A stretch of 30,019 nucleotides of DNA from Promethearchaeota archaeon. GTDB taxonomy: Archaea > Asgardarchaeota > Lokiarchaeia > Sigyniarchaeales > SOKP01. The notes beneath the pieces were generated by a model. It was not told the origin of the DNA. It saw only the letters and a program-made list of their open reading frames with translations, and ran no database searches. Position 1 is the stretch's first letter. Each line of letters begins with the position of its first letter. The DNA lies in the NCBI GenBank assembly GCA_048938025.1, contig JBHLMP010000012.1, forward strand, positions 43,137 to 73,155. Direction: 5' to 3'. A program made the translations under genes and the position numbers. Below are positions 25,421 through 30,019 of this stretch, piece after piece.

Positions 25421-26767
25421 ATGTCATCTTATAAAGGAAAATTACTTGTTTTAAGTTTGATTTTAATTTCTCTTTTTAGTGTATGCATTGTCCCAGGTCA
25501 AAGTGATAATTCTGGATTGAAAACTTCGAGTACTATGTCTGATGTAATTATAGATGGAAATATAACAAAAACAGAATGGACTAATGCTGAATGGAATATT
25601 TCTTTTTATTTAGATATTGATAATACTGCTGATTCTCTTGGTCAAATTAATGTTGATGGGAATAATTCTCTATATTTAGGTAGGGATTCACAAAATCTTT
25701 ATATTGCTCTTGATCTTTGGTGTGACAGATCTTATAATGAAACTGGAGAATGGGTTGGTTTATGGTTGAATACCAAAAAAAGAGAGTTTACAAATTATAC
25801 TGATTGGCTTAAATATATAAATGATGGAACAGAATCGTTACTCTATGATGTAGAAAATGATCGACGATGGGTGCTTTATTCTAATGATATTGGCATTTAT
25901 ACTGTTTATTTGACAGATGATAATGATTATAGTCCTGTATTTGGAGAAATAGAAGGTTCTTCTTATAATTTTCAATATACTTGGCGGCCTGACTTCAATA
26001 TAACTTCAGAATTGGTAGGATCTGACCAAATTTATAGATTAGACTTTTCAATTGATTTAGATAAATCTCTTATATTACCTGGAGAAATTGATGTCCTTCA
26101 AGAATTAGAAATTCGTATCAATTCAAAATCGAATACAACAATTGATTCCCATAAAATTATTTTATGGTACAATAATGGATCTATTCCTCCATTAACAGAC
26201 ACGAATCAGGTTATAGATTTAAATACTGCAACTAGTTATCTCTGGGATACAATTCCTTATGGATTAGGGAACATAACAGTAGATAAAAAATTACAATTTA
26301 GTTTATTTGGAAATCACACTGATGCTTTTGTGACTAATTTTAATCAAATTTATTTAAGAATTTACAGAAACATGACTAATTATGCTGGTCCTGTTGATGT
26401 TCCATATTCCTCCATAAATACTTATGAAATTGCATGGGATTTTGGTCCTAGTGTGGGTAATTCTACGGATCATCGAATGTTTGAAATTGCTATTCCAACA
26501 AGTGAACTTGAAGGTTATAAATCATATAAAGATTTAGGAATAATAGTAGGTGGTTATGGGACAATGCTGTTTAAAGGAACTAATCATTGGTGTTTTTCAG
26601 AGATTGATACTTGGTTACCTTATGATGATAGCTCAGATTATAAATATTATAATATGGGAGGAACTCGTCCAAAAACATTTATTCCGGGATATAATTTATA
26701 TTTTATAATGGGGATTTTGGGTGTAATATCATTGATTTTAATTAAAAATCGGTCAAAACTTAATTAA
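25421..26767 (+). CDS. Secreted surface glycoprotein with a DOMON/CBM9-like domain and an IPGY-type (Loki-CTERM, PGF-CTERM-like) C-terminal sorting signal
   Basis: Signal peptide; IIDGNITKTEW..LYLGRDSQNLYIALD..MFEIAIP DOMON/CBM9-like motifs; many sequons; C-terminal IPGYNL + hydrophobic helix + basic tail. Confidence 0.75.
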   Translation: MSSYKGKLLVLSLILISLFSVCIVPGQSDNSGLKTSSTMSDVIIDGNITKTEWTNAEWNISFYLDIDNTADSLGQINVDGNNSLYLGRDSQNLYIALDLWCDRSYNETGEWVGLWLNTKKREFTNYTDWLKYINDGTESLLYDVENDRRWVLYSNDIGIYTVYLTDDNDYSPVFGEIEGSSYNFQYTWRPDFNITSELVGSDQIYRLDFSIDLDKSLILPGEIDVLQELEIRINSKSNTTIDSHKIILWYNNGSIPPLTDTNQVIDLNTATSYLWDTIPYGLGNITVDKKLQFSLFGNHTDAFVTNFNQIYLRIYRNMTNYAGPVDVPYSSINTYEIAWDFGPSVGNSTDHRMFEIAIPTSELEGYKSYKDLGIIVGGYGTMLFKGTNHWCFSEIDTWLPYDDSSDYKYYNMGGTRPKTFIPGYNLYFIMGILGVISLILIKNRSKLN

Positions 26768-26772
26768 ATATA

Positions 26773-26787
26773 TTTCTTTTTTTTTTT
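26773..26787 (+). terminator. Oligo-T terminator
   Basis: tttctttttttttttt lies a few nt after the stop codon. Confidence 0.5.
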
Positions 26788-26947
26788 AATTTTAAGAATT
26801 TATATATACATAAAATATAATTGAAATAATTTACTTAATGAAATTATTTGATTAATTAGAACTGATTTAATTGAAGATTCCTATTATATATTTCTCTTCA
26901 TCAGGCAATACAAAAAGAATATCAACAAAATATAATGGAGAATATTA

Positions 26948-27730
26948 ATGGATGATAAAGAAGTAGGGAAATATTGGAATGAAAATGCTGAGAACTGGAC
27001 TAAACTAACCCGAATGGGGTATGATATTTGCCGTAATTGTGTTAATGCGCCAGAATTCTTTAAAATTCTACCAGATGTTACAGGATTAAAAGGACTTGAT
27101 ATTGGGTGTGGTGAAGGCTATAATACTCGTTTAGCAGCACAAAAAGGAGGAAAAATGACGGCAATTGATATATCTGAAGTATTTATCAATCATGCTATTG
27201 AAAAAGAAAAAGAAGAACCATTAGGGATAAATTATCAAGTTGCTAGTGCAGGAGAATTACCTTTTGAGACTGAATCCTTTGATTTTGGAATATCCACAAT
27301 GGCTTTGATGGATATGCCTGAGATTGATAAAGCTTTTAGTGAAGCATATCGTGTTCTCAAGTCAAACGGATTCTTCCAATTTTCAATTATTCATCCCTGT
27401 TTTTCTCTCTCTAATCCTGAATGGATATATGATGATAAAGGTGTCAGAACGGGTTTAATATGTAAGGATTATTTCAAAAATTCTAATGGAGAATTTGAGG
27501 AATGGATTTTCAGTGCAGCTCCCGAAGAATTAACAAAAGACATGAAAAAATTTTGTGTCCCAAGGTTTAGACATACCTTAAGTTATTGGTTAAATACTAT
27601 AATAAATTCAGGTTTTATCTTAGAATATTTTAAAGAACCATTTGCTAATGATGAAACCATCAAAAAGCATCCTGGTTTAGTAGCTACACGTGTTATTGCA
27701 TGGTTTTTAATAATCAGATGCAGAAAATAA
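26948..27730 (+). CDS. Class I SAM-dependent methyltransferase
   Basis: LDIGCGEG motif I, AIDIS, LPFETESFD, YRVLKSNG..FSIIHPCF. Confidence 0.9.
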   Translation: MDDKEVGKYWNENAENWTKLTRMGYDICRNCVNAPEFFKILPDVTGLKGLDIGCGEGYNTRLAAQKGGKMTAIDISEVFINHAIEKEKEEPLGINYQVASAGELPFETESFDFGISTMALMDMPEIDKAFSEAYRVLKSNGFFQFSIIHPCFSLSNPEWIYDDKGVRTGLICKDYFKNSNGEFEEWIFSAAPEELTKDMKKFCVPRFRHTLSYWLNTIINSGFILEYFKEPFANDETIKKHPGLVATRVIAWFLIIRCRK

Positions 27731-27744
27731 ACACTCTACTCTGT

Positions 27745-28617
27745 CTATTCACTCAAAATTTTTTCAAATAGTACCACACCGAATGGCTCCCCCTCATAAT
27801 ATGAAAACCCCATCTTTTCAACTTTTTTTGCAATATGAGGATGACAAAAAATTTCAAAAAATTTACTCTCTATTGACTTTAACTCTTCTTGAATGATATA
27901 TTGAATTAATTTAATTGCTATTTTTGGTATTCCATAGACTATTAGCCAAATTTCGTCTTCTTTAGGGCCCTCTTTAATTTGCTCTCTTCTAAATTTCACT
28001 TTTTGAAGAATAGCATTAGAATTACTAATATACCACTCTCCATCTTCATCAGAAATGTATTTTAAAGGGATATATGTCCATCCCATACATAGTTCGTCTT
28101 CAGGAGCAATACCAAAATTTTTGTATCGATTTTTAGCTTCTTTAGCAGATATTTTTTCGACGATAAGTGATAGCTCTCCATTTATTTCAATATCTTTTCT
28201 TTCCGCATCAAGAACATTCATACTTTTCTTGATTTTAAATCCAAAGTGCTCTGCAACTGAAATTGATCCTAAGTTTTTTGAGGATGTTGCATACTGGGCA
28301 ACTTTTGCATTTACTTTATGAGCATAATTAATGCCATATTTTGCAAGTTTTTTTCCAATGCCTTGCTTTTGGTAAGATAATTTAACCCTTCCCCCTTCAA
28401 ACCAAGCAAATTCATTATTATATAACTTTACGCGACTAAAGGCAACCAAATCTTTTTTTGATTCATCAATAAAAGCCCCATAATTTAAAGAATCCTTATC
28501 ATCTAACCATTCTTCTATGACATAGGGCACATAATCATAACCTTCCCATATATCTTTACAAATTTCCCTTATAGCAGGAATATCATAATTTTTTAGTTCT
28601 CTGAAATAGATCTTCAT
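27745..28617 (-). CDS. GNAT family N-acetyltransferase (NAT16/histidine acetyltransferase-like)
   Basis: DIWEGYDYVP..W N-terminal motif; EGGRVKLSYQKQGIG acetyl-CoA-binding motif A; N..S...AEHFGF motif B. Confidence 0.82.
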   Translation of the reverse strand: MKIYFRELKNYDIPAIREICKDIWEGYDYVPYVIEEWLDDKDSLNYGAFIDESKKDLVAFSRVKLYNNEFAWFEGGRVKLSYQKQGIGKKLAKYGINYAHKVNAKVAQYATSSKNLGSISVAEHFGFKIKKSMNVLDAERKDIEINGELSLIVEKISAKEAKNRYKNFGIAPEDELCMGWTYIPLKYISDEDGEWYISNSNAILQKVKFRREQIKEGPKEDEIWLIVYGIPKIAIKLIQYIIQEELKSIESKFFEIFCHPHIAKKVEKMGFSYYEGEPFGVVLFEKILSE

Positions 28618-28730
28618 TAGATCACTTCATTAGACAGATAGTAATGGTTAATGTTAAATATAACTTTATCCTAAAAGATATTTACCATATTTTATTACAT
28701 TTTAAAAAAGTAACCTATAGTGATTATAAG

Positions 28731-30019
28731 ATGGCAGAAAAACAAATCGAGGGAAGTCCTTATTCAGAAAAAATATGGTTAAAATCATATGATAGCCACG
28801 TAAAACCAGAAATAGATGTTGAAGTTATATCCTTAGCTGAATTGATGAAAAATACTGTAGAGAAATTCCCTGATAGTCTATGTTATGACTTTCAAGGAAT
28901 ATGTGCTACATATCAAGAAGTAGAAAGAGATATAATCAGTTTTGCTAATTTTCTTTTAGAAAATGGAGTACAAAAAGGTGATAGAGTTGCTATTATGCTC
29001 CCTAATACTCCCCAATACTTTGTAGCTGTTTGGGCTACTTTTTATGCTGGCTGTACTTCAACTGGTATGAATTTTCTTATGCAAACACCAGAGATTATCT
29101 ATCAGTTAAAAGATAGTGGTGCAGTTGTTTTATTTACCCTTGACTCATTTTACGAAGAGAATGTTCAAAAGGCATTACAATCAGGAGAAACTAATGTTAA
29201 AATTGTTATAACTACTAATGTTGCAGATGTATTAAATTTAGATTCACAGATGAAAGAACAGCTAATAAAAATAGGTAAGTTGCCATATGGCGATGTCATA
29301 ACTTTAGAAGGCTTTAAATATTTTACTTATAATCAAATTTTAGAAAATTACCCCCATGATAAAGCACCGAAAGTGAAACTAGACCCAAAAAATGATATTG
29401 CTTTTCTACAATATACTGGTGGTACGACAGGTCCTCCAAAGGGAGCTATATTAACTCATGAGAATTTAATATATAATATTAAACAAATTTATCATTGGTT
29501 GGAGCCAGGTGCAAATCCTGGCAAAGAAATTTATATTTCTGGATTTCCCTTTTTCCATCTTGCTGGAATGGCATTTAATCTTTCGTCAGTACATAGTGCA
29601 GCAGCCCAAATTCTCATTGCAAATCCAAGAGATACTACGTATTTGGCTAATAAAGCAAAAGATTATCAAGGTAAAATTAGATTAATGGTAAATGTTCCAA
29701 CACTCTATTTATTACTCCTAAGTAATCGAAAATTTAAAAAATTAGATTTTAATACTATTGATGTATTTCTTTCGGGAGCCGCTCCTTTTCCTTCAGAAAG
29801 TATTAATGAGTTTGAAAATGTTGTAGGAAAAGATAAAGTTTTAGAAGTTTATGGAATGACTGAAGCATCTCCAATAGTTACAATGAATCCTTATTTAGGC
29901 GTAAAAAAGATTGGTACAGTTGGAATTCCAGTATCATCAACACAAGTTAAAATTGTAGATGTTGTCGATCGAGAAACCGAGGTTCCTATTGGTGAACCAG
30001 GTGAGATTGTGATAAAAGG
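28731..30019 (+). CDS. fadD: Long-chain fatty acid--CoA ligase (AMP-binding), truncated by the window end; not in the ORF track
   Basis: Manual translation from ATG 28731 gives MAEKQIEGSPYSEKIWLKSYD..KGDRVAIMLPN..LQYTGGTTGPPKG..SGAAP..YGMTEASP..GEPGEIVIK, open to the edge. SD AGTGAT. Confidence 0.92.
   Translation, partial: MAEKQIEGSPYSEKIWLKSYDSHVKPEIDVEVISLAELMKNTVEKFPDSLCYDFQGICATYQEVERDIISFANFLLENGVQKGDRVAIMLPNTPQYFVAVWATFYAGCTSTGMNFLMQTPEIIYQLKDSGAVVLFTLDSFYEENVQKALQSGETNVKIVITTNVADVLNLDSQMKEQLIKIGKLPYGDVITLEGFKYFTYNQILENYPHDKAPKVKLDPKNDIAFLQYTGGTTGPPKGAILTHENLIYNIKQIYHWLEPGANPGKEIYISGFPFFHLAGMAFNLSSVHSAAAQILIANPRDTTYLANKAKDYQGKIRLMVNVPTLYLLLLSNRKFKKLDFNTIDVFLSGAAPFPSESINEFENVVGKDKVLEVYGMTEASPIVTMNPYLGVKKIGTVGIPVSSTQVKIVDVVDRETEVPIGEPGEIVIK

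Noticed and set aside
22719-28321. Short ORFs 22719, 25126 and 28055
   Set aside because: They overlap real genes in antisense or alternate frames and have no supporting features.

Overview
This is a very AT-rich archaeal window. It is most consistent with an Asgard archaeon of the Lokiarchaeia/Promethearchaeia group, based on the IPGY-type C-terminal sorting tail, longin-like, UBC/RWD-like and PCI-like domains, an archaeal histone and GGTGA-type Shine-Dalgarno sites; the taxonomy is inference. In order, the window contains: an archaeal histone missed by the ORF track, which has no ATG/GTG/TTG start; a Hef/FANCM-like helicase without the ERCC4 nuclease domain; a 1460-aa membrane-anchored prenyltransferase-repeat/PCI/coiled-coil protein; a C13 (legumain/Gpi8-like) peptidase with an inserted carbohydrate-binding-like domain; a VAO/PCMH-type flavoprotein plus HdrD-like Fe-S pair; a six-gene ABC-2 operon (22942->13797); an ADP-forming acyl-CoA synthetase alpha subunit; surface and zinc-ribbon proteins; a methyltransferase; a GNAT; and a truncated acyl-CoA ligase. 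The two strongest leads are (1) the ABC operon, which has two permeases, one normal ATPase, an extracellular prenyltransferase-repeat barrel fused through a TM helix to an intact ATPase, a UBC/RWD-like domain fused to a dead ATPase, and a longin-TM protein; and (2) three genes whose Shine-Dalgarno sites point to ATT/ATA start codons. No rRNA, tRNA, CRISPR array or transposase was recognised. All domain calls are by-eye motif recognition, not database searches.
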